Source of the DNA: Candidatus Ozemobacteraceae bacterium
Lineage (GTDB): Bacteria > Muiribacteriota > Ozemobacteria > Ozemobacterales > Ozemobacteraceae
Length of the DNA: 64,000 nucleotides
Assembly (NCBI GenBank): GCA_965140445.1
Contig: OZ223236.1
Coordinates: forward strand, 3,008,001-3,072,000
Reading direction: 5' to 3'
The notes below the pieces were generated by a model. It had not been told where the DNA came from and did not search any database. It saw only the letters and a list, made by a program, of their open reading frames with translations. Numbering within the stretch: position 1 is the stretch's first letter; the number at the start of each line of letters is the position of its first letter. Below, piece by piece: positions 47,495 to 56,654 of the stretch. The translations under genes and the position numbers were made by a program.

Positions 47495-48187
47495 ATGAAA
47501 AGGTTATTTTCAATTCTAAGCTTTCTGCTACTTTTTCAAGTTTCTTTAGCAGCAAAAGATAATCCTTTAGCTGATACTACTAAATGGAACGTTTTTGCGG
47601 TAGTTTCAGGGAATATTGAGGATGCAGCCAGGCAGGCCTCCGAAGCCCTTGTTAAAAAAGGCTTTGAATCCTTTCCAGCTCAAGGGATGCAGGTTCATTG
47701 TACTTTTTATCTAACGAGATTCAGTAATGTAAACAAGGACAAAATCCTGAATGTTATTTCTGAAACCGCTTCGGAAACAAAAAAGTTTTCGTTAGAGACT
47801 GATGGTTTGCATATTACCAATGGAAATTGGGTATTTATAAACCTGAAAAAAGATGCTTTATTGCAAAACCTTGCAGACACTATTGTTACCAAATTGGAAA
47901 AGTATCGATTCAATGATGGGTTTATTCCAAAATGGGTTGAAGATTACCCTGAAAAGAAAAAAAATATTGCAGACTTTGGAAGTCCCAATGTTTTTTCCAG
48001 TTTTGAACCCCACTTAACTCTTGTTGCTGGAAATGATAAAGGAGAATTATTGTCTGCCTTTGTTAAAGAAAATAGTGAAAAAGAATTTGCCAAAACAATT
48101 AAAGGACAACTGATTGGAATTGGTCTTGGAAAAGCAGATAGAAACGGACAAATTGAAGAGGTAGAAAAAATATTCTATTTAAAGTAA
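47495..48187 (+). CDS. Secreted 2H phosphoesterase-superfamily protein
   Basis: Signal peptide; two HxT motifs (HCTF, PHLTL); FGSPNVFSSFEPH. Confidence 0.7.
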   Translation: MKRLFSILSFLLLFQVSLAAKDNPLADTTKWNVFAVVSGNIEDAARQASEALVKKGFESFPAQGMQVHCTFYLTRFSNVNKDKILNVISETASETKKFSLETDGLHITNGNWVFINLKKDALLQNLADTIVTKLEKYRFNDGFIPKWVEDYPEKKKNIADFGSPNVFSSFEPHLTLVAGNDKGELLSAFVKENSEKEFAKTIKGQLIGIGLGKADRNGQIEEVEKIFYLK

Positions 48188-48200
48188 ACCTTTTATTTGG

Positions 48201-50312
48201 CTAATCACCAAATAAGAATTTCAAAGCTCCAATTGCAATTGCTGCACCCCATGCGAGTGCTACCAAAAGCCACACAATTACTGTGGCTTTTGCTCTTTTA
48301 GCCTTTGAGTCTGTAGAAGATTGGGTTAAAACATCGTGTAATGCATCTGGATTCGTAATATCAACCGAAGTATCTACCTCAGTTGAATTAGAATTTTTGG
48401 AATTTGATTCTGAAGGATTTTCTTTATTCTCCGCATTGTTGATATTTTTTTGTTCTGTCTGTTTTTTTAATTCCTTTTGACTTTGCTCAAAAAAATCTTT
48501 GGCTTCTTGATATAGTTCTTCAGGAGATGAGATGTTATCCAAGGCAATGGCCAGTTTGTCAGCTATAGATTCCAAAACTTTAAATTTTTCCGCTTTTAAA
48601 GAGCGATGATCATTAGAAACTTTTGCGAAAGCACAGTTTAACAACTCCCTGTCTGGATTGGCAGAAAGAACCACACAAAGTTTATCGAGCAACTCCAGTG
48701 ATGTTTCTTTTGCTAAAGCTTCAATAAGGGATTCACGAACCAAACTAAAATCAACAAGCATGCTGGTAGATATACCAAGAGTTCTTTGCTTAATGTTGTT
48801 TGAGGAAATAAGGCTTGATAAAAGACTTTTGATGGTTTCTTTATCAATAGTTACAAAAACTCTTGTAGCGGTCATGCGAATTTTTCCGTTGCGATCTTGC
48901 ATGAATTGGGGCAAATACAGACAAAGGTAGTCTGGATCAAGATTTGCAAGGGCTTTTATTGTTGCGCAAACCAGATCTGGGTCTTCTGATTGAAGTGAGG
49001 GCTTTACTCGTTCCAGATCTTCCTGGGAATTTCCAAATTTTCCGATGAGATTAATTATTGAAGCCTTTTCTTTTCCTTCGCTTTCTCTAAATAAAGAGAT
49101 AATAAGTGGTTTATTTTCTTTGAAAGTATTTGCGTCTAACCTTGCTAGCATTTGAATTCGAGCTTTGGTAGGCAATTCTGAATAATTTTCAAAGCCTTGT
49201 TTTATTTTGGGTTTTTCTTCCTTAACAATTTCATCTTTTGGGTGTTCTTCTTCCTGACCAGAAATCGCCTCTAATGAAGGCAAGGAGTTTTCTTCGTCAG
49301 CATCTTCTTGAAATTGACAAGTGTCTTTAAGAATCTGAAGTTCTTCTTTTTTGGCACGTTCCTTAATTCTATTCAGATATTCTTGACTAGAGCAATCTAT
49401 GAGCTTTTTAGCCGAAAGCTCTCGGACTATTCCCAACAACATTCCCTTAACTAGACTTTGATGTTGTCCCTGAAGAGATCTGGCAAGCCAGAATAGTTTG
49501 AACGGGATTTCCTGATGAGCATTCTTCTTTATAAGCTGACTAATTCTCATCAAAATTGATGGATTATTGCAGGCTGAAATTAGTCTAAGAAGGTGTGGCT
49601 CTATTTCAGGATAAGGAAAGTAGGTGGCATGGTGAATTGCAAGTTGCACTTCATTCTCTTCTTTAGAGAAAAGCATATCGAGAAGATGTTGAGTAGCCTG
49701 CCCTTTATTCCATCTGTAGAAAGCTTGTATGGCTTGAGCCCTTACAACTGGTTGGGGAGATGTTAATAAAGGAACTATAATGCCTTGAAGGTTTCCAGGG
49801 TCCAGTTTTTCGAGAGAGCTTAAAGCTGCCGTTAAAACTGTTGGGTCTGGATGACGCGTAAGTTGCTGTATTTCAAAAGAATCCTGAATATTTCCGAATC
49901 TTTTAAAAAACTGACAGAACGATGGCAAAATAGGAGCTGGAAAAGAAGTCCAATTAATTTGCTTGATAATATCCTGAGTCAAAAAAGCTTCAGCGGTTTC
50001 AACAGTGGCAATAGCTAATGCGAGATCATCAAGTCGATTTTGGTCTTTAAGCAACTTTTCAAAGCCATCTGTAGAAACTTTAAAATTAGCTTTTTTCAAT
50101 TTAAAAACAGCGAGTCTAAAGGATTTCTTAATTTGAAAAGATAAAACCGGATCCTTAACTATTGAAAGAGCTTTCTTGAGGACTTGAGCTTCAACTCGAG
50201 TTGGTTCACGGAAATCAAGTTCTTCAAGGGTGTCGAGAACAACGGTCCCGTTGCCGCTACACAAAATGGAAAGCATTTCTTTTGCGCCTAATTCTGAGTT
50301 AGAAGTCGCCAA
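48201..50312 (-). CDS. HEAT-repeat protein with C-terminal membrane anchor
   Basis: HPDPTVLTAAL, SPQPVVRAQAI, SEDPDLVCATI, DRNGKIRMTA repeats in two blocks; C-terminal TM. Confidence 0.8.
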   Translation of the reverse strand: MATSNSELGAKEMLSILCSGNGTVVLDTLEELDFREPTRVEAQVLKKALSIVKDPVLSFQIKKSFRLAVFKLKKANFKVSTDGFEKLLKDQNRLDDLALAIATVETAEAFLTQDIIKQINWTSFPAPILPSFCQFFKRFGNIQDSFEIQQLTRHPDPTVLTAALSSLEKLDPGNLQGIIVPLLTSPQPVVRAQAIQAFYRWNKGQATQHLLDMLFSKEENEVQLAIHHATYFPYPEIEPHLLRLISACNNPSILMRISQLIKKNAHQEIPFKLFWLARSLQGQHQSLVKGMLLGIVRELSAKKLIDCSSQEYLNRIKERAKKEELQILKDTCQFQEDADEENSLPSLEAISGQEEEHPKDEIVKEEKPKIKQGFENYSELPTKARIQMLARLDANTFKENKPLIISLFRESEGKEKASIINLIGKFGNSQEDLERVKPSLQSEDPDLVCATIKALANLDPDYLCLYLPQFMQDRNGKIRMTATRVFVTIDKETIKSLLSSLISSNNIKQRTLGISTSMLVDFSLVRESLIEALAKETSLELLDKLCVVLSANPDRELLNCAFAKVSNDHRSLKAEKFKVLESIADKLAIALDNISSPEELYQEAKDFFEQSQKELKKQTEQKNINNAENKENPSESNSKNSNSTEVDTSVDITNPDALHDVLTQSSTDSKAKRAKATVIVWLLVALAWGAAIAIGALKFLFGD

Positions 50313-50374
50313 TTCCTCTTTACCTTTTGTTTTACTTGTTAACTAATTTACCTCAGTTAACTCTGAAAATAAAC

Positions 50375-51253
50375 TTAAAAGGAAACCGTTCCGCCAAGAA
50401 CTAGAGTTGGATTATCTTCAGACAAATTTAATCCGAGAACTTCTGCTTGAAAGCTTTTTAAACCAACTCTAAAGCCTGCATGAAGTCTGTGTCTAACCGA
50501 ATCTTTTTGAAAAACATCTCTGTAGTTTCCAAACTTTGCTTCGCAAAAGAAAGTGGCAAATTCTTTAAATCTGTATTCCAGACCTAAAGATCCGATGATA
50601 ATGTCCTTGCGATCAATTTTTTGTTTAGTTCCATTTCCAAAATCAATTTCCTGTTTTTTTGTGAAAGCAGAAGTTACGTTTAAGAAGCCAGTAACACCGC
50701 TTGCTACAGTTTCGGAAACAGTCATGTATACATTTCTTAATTTTTCTATTTGCTCAAGATCAGCAAGGTTTAATTCATTGGCATCCATTGGTGCAAAATT
50801 AAACCCCAAACATAAGTCTTTTTCTCCTACATGGGTGCTATATTTCATTCCAAGAGCGGTTGAATCTTCTTTAAAATTTAGACCTGCAACTTTAGGGTCA
50901 GACTTTCTTTGATAGTTCATATGAAGCACTGATAACTCTAAATCTGGATGAATAGCTGCTCGAAAACCTGCGACAAACTCATCCTTTTCAAGTTTGGTAG
51001 GAACTCCATTGACGCCAATATCCTGCTTGTAGGTTCCGGCTTTGTAAGTGAAACCTACTCTTCTTTCCTCTTGAAAATCCGGAGCTGGAATTGTAACAAG
51101 ACCAGTCGTTCCTGAGTAAGTCATTCCTGTTCTAGCGGGTCGCTCAACTATTGGCTTTATATCCTCAGGAATTACCTCAAGAATTTGAGCAGAAGAAGTT
51201 AAAGGAAGAAGTATAAGACTTGCTATTATTAGAATTTTATTTTTCATGTTCAT
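50375..51253 (-). CDS. Outer-membrane beta-barrel protein (YjbH-like N-terminal motif)
   Basis: Signal peptide; GTTGLVTIPAPD motif; amphipathic strands; C-terminal Phe; start is 51253 or 51247. Confidence 0.6.
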   Translation of the reverse strand: MNMKNKILIIASLILLPLTSSAQILEVIPEDIKPIVERPARTGMTYSGTTGLVTIPAPDFQEERRVGFTYKAGTYKQDIGVNGVPTKLEKDEFVAGFRAAIHPDLELSVLHMNYQRKSDPKVAGLNFKEDSTALGMKYSTHVGEKDLCLGFNFAPMDANELNLADLEQIEKLRNVYMTVSETVASGVTGFLNVTSAFTKKQEIDFGNGTKQKIDRKDIIIGSLGLEYRFKEFATFFCEAKFGNYRDVFQKDSVRHRLHAGFRVGLKSFQAEVLGLNLSEDNPTLVLGGTVSF

Positions 51254-52964
51254 AGTTTGTGTAGAAGGTAGTTTTTTCGGCTTCGACTTCAAAACCAGTA
51301 AGTGTGAAAAGGTTATTTGGATCAGAAAGATCTGGAACAGTCCAGGAAAGTCCAGTATGGCCGTAATCGATTTGTTTAAACAAAGGTTGTGTTAATGTTT
51401 GGGTAATGATTAATGCGTATTTTTTTGTAGCTCCGGTTGGACCAAGATGGGTAAATTTGAAGGTTCCCTTTTGATCCAATTTATCTGTTGAATCTGCATC
51501 GAGGGTTTTTGTGGTTTGAGTCAAACCTGTAATTTCATATTCTTCAAATTCAGTCCCGCCGTTAGATTTTTTAGTTTTTTCCCAAACATAAAGTCTTGCA
51601 ATTAAATTGGGTCTTCCAGTTTCTGTAGCTTCATCAACCAGTCTCCCTACTATAGATCCGTAACCTGATCTTAAAGAATGAACCAGAGGATAATATAGTT
51701 TGGATGGTTGGGTTGTTCCGTCTGCATTTAGCTTGAAGCTAATTGACAGTGTTTCAAACCCGTTTTTAGAAATTTCCATCTTATAGATATTTGGTAATAG
51801 TTCTGTAAAACTAAAGTCTCCATTTTTGTCTGTAATACCGTTAGAGATTCCTTCGATCTTGCAGACCGCATATTCTAAGGGTGAACCTGTAAATGCTTCG
51901 TAAATGTTGCCTTTAATGTCTTTTGAAACAACTGTTTGACTAGTCGAAACTAGAATCTCAGCTTGTGCTGGTGACATTTCTCCGGTAGATAAAATTCTGA
52001 CAGGATAAAGTGATGATTCTGTTGTGGTGGTTCCAGCAGCAGCTTTTATGTAATACATGCCAGAAGTTAAGTTTTGAAAAAAGAATTTTCCTTCCCCAGA
52101 TGTATAAGTTGTCGAGAGAATTGGGGCTGTGGAACTATCTTTTCTAATGTCTACTCTTAAATTTGAGAGGATTTCGTTGGATTGGGTTTTTACAAAACCA
52201 CTTATAGTAAAACTTTCAAAAGTATTAGCAGTTAAATAAATTTCTGGTGATGGGGGAGATATGGTTCCATCAGAAAGAACATTAACTGTCACACTTTTTT
52301 GCTGATAAAATTGAGAATCCTTGGCAACCTCTATTCTATACAAACCAGATGCAATGCTTTCGAAGAAAAATTTTCCTTCGCCGCTTGTGACAGTGCTTTT
52401 TAAGATTGCATCATTCGACCAAAGTTCAACCGGCATATTGTCTACAGGAGATCTACTGTCAGCAGAATAAACCTGACCAGAAATTTTTACCAGAACGGGA
52501 CCGGAAGTTGGTTGGGCTAGTTTGTCGAGTTGAATCTCAGGGGCTTCGGGGGACATTTTCCCAGAATCTAAAACTCTGACAACGTATGTTGTTGATGCAT
52601 AAGTTGTGTCTCCATTGCCAGCTACAAGATCATATAATCCTGGTGGAATCTTAAAGAAAAAGAATTTACCTTCTGAGGTTGTTCTTGTCTGCATGGCGAG
52701 ACTGCCACTGTAATAGAGCGCTACATTTATGTTAGATAGCTTTTCTAATGAGGTTTTAGAAACGACTGTGCCTTCGATGGAATATTCAGCAGGTCCTTCA
52801 GCAACCTGGGTGAGGTTAACTGTTTGTGTTGTAACATCAGACCCTGTTAAAAGCTTTGAAACGGGACTGTTTTCTGTTCCTTCTTTACAACCTACAAGAA
52901 CTATCCCAAAGATAGCCAATAGGATCGTAAGAAAAAAGTATCTGCGAAAAAGCATTGAAGACAT
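51237..52964 (-). CDS. Lipoprotein with tandem carboxypeptidase-regulatory/Cna-B-like beta-sandwich repeats
   Basis: Lipobox LVGC; repeats TTSEGKFFF..GLY, TSGEGKFFF..GLY, TSGEGKFFF..GMY, TDKNGDFSF..NIY. Confidence 0.8.
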   Translation of the reverse strand: MSSMLFRRYFFLTILLAIFGIVLVGCKEGTENSPVSKLLTGSDVTTQTVNLTQVAEGPAEYSIEGTVVSKTSLEKLSNINVALYYSGSLAMQTRTTSEGKFFFFKIPPGLYDLVAGNGDTTYASTTYVVRVLDSGKMSPEAPEIQLDKLAQPTSGPVLVKISGQVYSADSRSPVDNMPVELWSNDAILKSTVTSGEGKFFFESIASGLYRIEVAKDSQFYQQKSVTVNVLSDGTISPPSPEIYLTANTFESFTISGFVKTQSNEILSNLRVDIRKDSSTAPILSTTYTSGEGKFFFQNLTSGMYYIKAAAGTTTTESSLYPVRILSTGEMSPAQAEILVSTSQTVVSKDIKGNIYEAFTGSPLEYAVCKIEGISNGITDKNGDFSFTELLPNIYKMEISKNGFETLSISFKLNADGTTQPSKLYYPLVHSLRSGYGSIVGRLVDEATETGRPNLIARLYVWEKTKKSNGGTEFEEYEITGLTQTTKTLDADSTDKLDQKGTFKFTHLGPTGATKKYALIITQTLTQPLFKQIDYGHTGLSWTVPDLSDPNNLFTLTGFEVEAEKTTFYTNYEHEK

Positions 52965-53019
52965 AAGACTCCCCCAAAAGGTATTTATGTCTTCTTATCG
53001 TCATTTGGAGTGAATCTAT

Positions 53020-53586
53020 TTACTGCTTTTTTAAAATTTCCATTTGCTTTTTATAGCTACTTTGGAATTTTTTTAGCTTCTTTATTTCTTCTATGCGCTC
53101 TTTTGAGGTCGGAAGGCCTAGTTTTTCCATAACCTTATCAGATACTGAAATTGTAGAAGTAGTGGAGGCGTTTACATTGCTTTTTATTGCTTCGCTATTT
53201 GATGCAATAACTTGCGATTTTTGCAAGTCTTTCAATTTATTAGAAAACAGGACTTTTATATTGTTAAAAAGGGGAATTATCTCATCGCTATAAAGGTAAA
53301 AAATACCAAGTATAGTTATGACTGAAAAAAAGTTTGTTGCCAATTTGATCATTTTAGATTTATTGCTACGAGTAGGTGGGGCTGGATTGTTACCTCTAAA
53401 GCCAAAAGGTTCATCATTTGGAAGAGCTGAGGGAGGGATAATTTGCGTTTCTACTTTTTCAGACAGATTAGATTCTTCTGCTTCATTGGGAAATAGAAAT
53501 TTGAAAAAAGAAATCGCGCCCCAAAATAAAATAAGTAGAAATGCTAAAAACAAAAAAAGTTGGATCAGTATCATGTCTTCTCTCAC
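53020..53586 (-). CDS. Hypothetical membrane protein
   Basis: Two hydrophobic helices separated by a Pro/Asn-rich linker; start may be a few codons downstream. Confidence 0.6.
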   Translation of the reverse strand: MREDMILIQLFLFLAFLLILFWGAISFFKFLFPNEAEESNLSEKVETQIIPPSALPNDEPFGFRGNNPAPPTRSNKSKMIKLATNFFSVITILGIFYLYSDEIIPLFNNIKVLFSNKLKDLQKSQVIASNSEAIKSNVNASTTSTISVSDKVMEKLGLPTSKERIEEIKKLKKFQSSYKKQMEILKKQ

Positions 53587-53767
53587 AAAAGAATTTTTTT
53601 TATTATTAAATCAAAAAAAATGTAAAAAGTCTATATACCCTTATTCACAACGTCTTTGCGGCGATTTGCTGTAAAACCTGTGTACAACAGGGTTTGAATG
53701 TCGTTTCGTTCTATGTGCTTGAGAAAAAAAGTGCAAAATCTGCTCTATGAAAGGGAAAAATGGATAA

Positions 53768-53814
53768 TTTTTTTTTTTTTGGTATTGACATAAGCAATTC
53801 GAGGTAATTATAAT
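53768..53814 (+). promoter_or_regulatory. Strong sigma-70 promoter of HU with upstream T tract
   Basis: Perfect TTGACA (53785)-18 nt-TATAAT (53809), preceded by T13. Confidence 0.75.
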
Positions 53815-53852
53815 CAGCTCATCAAAATTCAAATCCGAAGGAGAATTCCATC

Positions 53853-54134
53853 ATGAATAAAGCGGATCTCGTAAAAACAATTGCAACTAAAGCTGACCTT
53901 AATCAGGCAACTGCCCAGAAAGCTCTCGAAGCAATGCTCGATACTTTCAAAGACACTCTGAAAAAAGGTGACAAAATTCAGTTGATCGGTTTTGGTTCTT
54001 TTGAAGTAGCTAAAAGAGCTGCTCGCAAAGGTGTTAACCCTCAGACTAAAAAACAGATCAGCATCCCAGCTAAAAAAGTTGTTAAATTTAAACCTGGTAA
54101 AGACCTTAAAGATATGGTTGCTAAGGGTAAATAA
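53853..54134 (+). CDS. hup: DNA-binding protein HU
   Basis: MNKADLV, LIGFGSFEV..RAARKGVNPQT, KFKPGKDLK. Confidence 0.97.
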   Translation: MNKADLVKTIATKADLNQATAQKALEAMLDTFKDTLKKGDKIQLIGFGSFEVAKRAARKGVNPQTKKQISIPAKKVVKFKPGKDLKDMVAKGK

Positions 54135-54146
54135 ATTAGTAAAAAG

Positions 54147-54180
54147 AAGCCCTGCTCCCTTGAGAGCGGGGTTTTTTTTT
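54147..54180 (+). terminator. Intrinsic terminator after HU
   Basis: GCCCTGCTC/GAGCGGGGT stem followed by a long T run. Confidence 0.8.
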
Positions 54181-54221
54181 GTTTAAATATTAGTGACTAA
54201 AATTTAAGGGAGAAGGTTGTT

Positions 54222-56180
54222 TTGGCAGAGAATAAGGACTTTGAAAAGAGAGAACATTGGGGGTCTAGAATAGGCCTTATTTTGGCAATGGCTGGAAACG
54301 CTGTTGGACTAGGGAATTTTTTAAGATTTCCAACTCAGGCAGCGCAAAATGGCGGTGGAGCTTTTATGATTCCATATTTTATCGCCTTTTTGCTTCTGGG
54401 AATTCCATTAATGTGGATAGAATGGGGTATTGGCAGGTATGGGGGAACAATGGGACATGGAACCATGCCTGGAGTTCTTCAAAAAATCGTTAAAAGCAAA
54501 TTTGTAAAATATATTGGGGTATTAGGTTTTGTGTTACCCCTTTTTATTGGAATCTATTATTTTTATATAGAATCATGGACTTTATCCTTTAGTTATTTTT
54601 CTGTAAAAGGCTCATATATGGAGCTCAAAGGCGATAATATTAATGAGAAAAAGGATGAAATGGGCCGGTTTTTGAGCGAATTTCAGGGAATAGGCCCATC
54701 TGTTAAGCTGAAAAGGGAAACTAATGCTGCAGATTTAAAAAAGGTTAGTGAAACATTTGATGCAAAAGACGTTCCTGAAAATCTTATATATAAATCAGAG
54801 ATTGATGGGCATTGGGATGCTTTAAATGAAAAAGCTGATTTGACTAAATGTCCGTTTACTGAGGTTTCTTTAAAGAAAAAATATTTTAACAATAATAGCA
54901 CTGCCTATATCTTTTTTCTGATTACCTTTTTGTGCAATATGTATTTCCTGTATATGGGCTTGTCGGCAGGTATTGAAAAACTTGCCAAAATAGGAATGCC
55001 AGTTTTGTTTGTTTTCGCTGTTATATTGGCATTGAGAGTTCTAACTTTAGGTAAACCAGAAGGTGCGGTTAGTTCTATTGCCGATGGCTTTAATTTCTTG
55101 TGGAGTCCTAATTTTAAATATCTGGCGGATTCTAAAGTCTGGTTGGCAGCAGCTGGACAAGTCTTTTTCACTCTTTCTCTAGGTCTTGGGGCAATTCAAG
55201 CCTATGCCAGTTATTTGTCCGATAAAGATGACATCGTTTTGACCGGTCTTGCTACGGCTTCTACTAATGAATTTGCAGAGGTTATTCTTGGTAGTTCTAT
55301 TGCAATTCCAGCGGCAGTGGCGTTTTTTGGAGAAGCTGGTACAATGGAAATTGCAAAAGGCGGAGCTTTTGATCTTGGCTTTCAGTCTTTGCCAATGATT
55401 TTTACCCAGATTAATATGGGTTGGTTTTTTGGCGCAATTTGGTTTGCTCTGCTTTTTATTGCCGGCATAACAAGTGCGGTTGCATTGTTGACTCCTGCTA
55501 TCACATTTTTAAAAGATGAAATTGGCATGAAACACAAAAAAGCTGTTCTTGTAATTGGTGCTGCAACTTTTATCCTTGCTCATGGACCTATTTTCTTTTT
55601 GAAAAATGGGGTTCTTGATGAAATAGATTATTGGGCTGGGACTTTCGGCCTTGTTCTTGTTGCAAGCGTAGAAGTTGTTGTTTTTATGTGGATATTTGGA
55701 GTGAAGAGAGCATGGTTGGAGCTTCATAAAGGATGCGATATGCGAATTCCGAAATTCTATTTATTCATTATGAAGTATATTACCCCTGTTTTTATTCTTG
55801 GGATTTTAATTGTATGGTCTGTCCAGGAAGGCTGGGATAAGCTTGTAATGACAGGGGTTCCAATTGAAAATCGAATGTATATCTGGGCTACAAGAGTTGT
55901 TATGATGCTGGTTATTGGAGCTTTTACTTACCTGACTTGGAAAAGGTTCAGGGAGGAAGACGGAGATTCCTGGATGATTCCTGGCATTATGTGGGGATTT
56001 CCAATGATTCTTCTGCTTGCCACCTGTCCTGGAATGGTAGGAATTAATACCAACGCTTTGATACTATTGGTTTCATCCTGGACCTTCGCTATGGCGCTTG
56101 TATCCTATAGTGTGGGAAAAATACTGACGACTCCAGCTAAACCTGACGATATGTTTATTGAAGATCATCAAGAAAAATAA
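54222..56180 (+). CDS. Sodium-dependent amino-acid transporter, NSS family (LeuT-like), with C-terminal extension
   Basis: KREHWGSRIGLILAMAGNAVGLGNFLRFP, GGGAFMIPY, AAGQVFFTLSLG, NEFAEVILG, AGITS, LDEIDYWAGT. Confidence 0.93.
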   Translation: MAENKDFEKREHWGSRIGLILAMAGNAVGLGNFLRFPTQAAQNGGGAFMIPYFIAFLLLGIPLMWIEWGIGRYGGTMGHGTMPGVLQKIVKSKFVKYIGVLGFVLPLFIGIYYFYIESWTLSFSYFSVKGSYMELKGDNINEKKDEMGRFLSEFQGIGPSVKLKRETNAADLKKVSETFDAKDVPENLIYKSEIDGHWDALNEKADLTKCPFTEVSLKKKYFNNNSTAYIFFLITFLCNMYFLYMGLSAGIEKLAKIGMPVLFVFAVILALRVLTLGKPEGAVSSIADGFNFLWSPNFKYLADSKVWLAAAGQVFFTLSLGLGAIQAYASYLSDKDDIVLTGLATASTNEFAEVILGSSIAIPAAVAFFGEAGTMEIAKGGAFDLGFQSLPMIFTQINMGWFFGAIWFALLFIAGITSAVALLTPAITFLKDEIGMKHKKAVLVIGAATFILAHGPIFFLKNGVLDEIDYWAGTFGLVLVASVEVVVFMWIFGVKRAWLELHKGCDMRIPKFYLFIMKYITPVFILGILIVWSVQEGWDKLVMTGVPIENRMYIWATRVVMMLVIGAFTYLTWKRFREEDGDSWMIPGIMWGFPMILLLATCPGMVGINTNALILLVSSWTFAMALVSYSVGKILTTPAKPDDMFIEDHQEK

Positions 56181-56190
56181 AAAATGAAAT

Positions 56191-56214
56191 AGCCGGGTGT
56201 TTTTACACCCGGCT
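56191..56214. repeat. Perfect 10-bp intergenic hairpin
   Basis: AGCCGGGTGT-TTTT-ACACCCGGCT. Confidence 0.8.
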
Positions 56215-56222
56215 CAACTAAA

Positions 56223-56654
56223 ATGAAAATTGAAAATAGACTTGTAAAAATTATTGCTGAAAGTAATAACCTGGAAAGCTCCTTAAAAGAAATTTCCAGT
56301 AATGAGCCTGAAAATCTGCTCGCGGAACTACTGTTAGCAAGGGTTCAATATGAAAAAGCTGTTTTAATAAAAGCCTCAGGGCCCCAGTGGTTTAAATTCC
56401 TGGGGTGGTGGTTCGGAAAGCTGTTAATCTGGGGAACATTTTTAACTGCTGTTATACTTGGTTCTGTTTTTGGAACAAAAATAGTAAATTCTCTCACTTT
56501 TGCGTTCTTTGGGGCTGCTGGATATTACGCATTGTTGCAGATTTTTACTCCGATTAGAGTAAGCAAAGAAGCTTTAAAAGAAGAAGAAAAAATTCAGGAA
56601 TTAGAAAATAAGATAAAAGAGCTGGCAAGCAAAATCGGTGAAAAAGAACCTTAG
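56223..56654 (+). CDS. Hypothetical two-TM membrane protein
   Basis: Two hydrophobic helices flanked by coiled-coil-like segments; overlaps the tamB start. Confidence 0.65.
   Translation: MKIENRLVKIIAESNNLESSLKEISSNEPENLLAELLLARVQYEKAVLIKASGPQWFKFLGWWFGKLLIWGTFLTAVILGSVFGTKIVNSLTFAFFGAAGYYALLQIFTPIRVSKEALKEEEKIQELENKIKELASKIGEKEP

Noticed and set aside
53673..53695. Imperfect palindrome AAACCTGTGTACAACAGGGTTT upstream of HU
   Set aside because: Single imperfect copy with no assignable function
53768..53780. T13 tract as a phase-variation switch
   Set aside because: It lies upstream of the -35, not in the spacer or a CDS; an UP or bending element is the simpler reading
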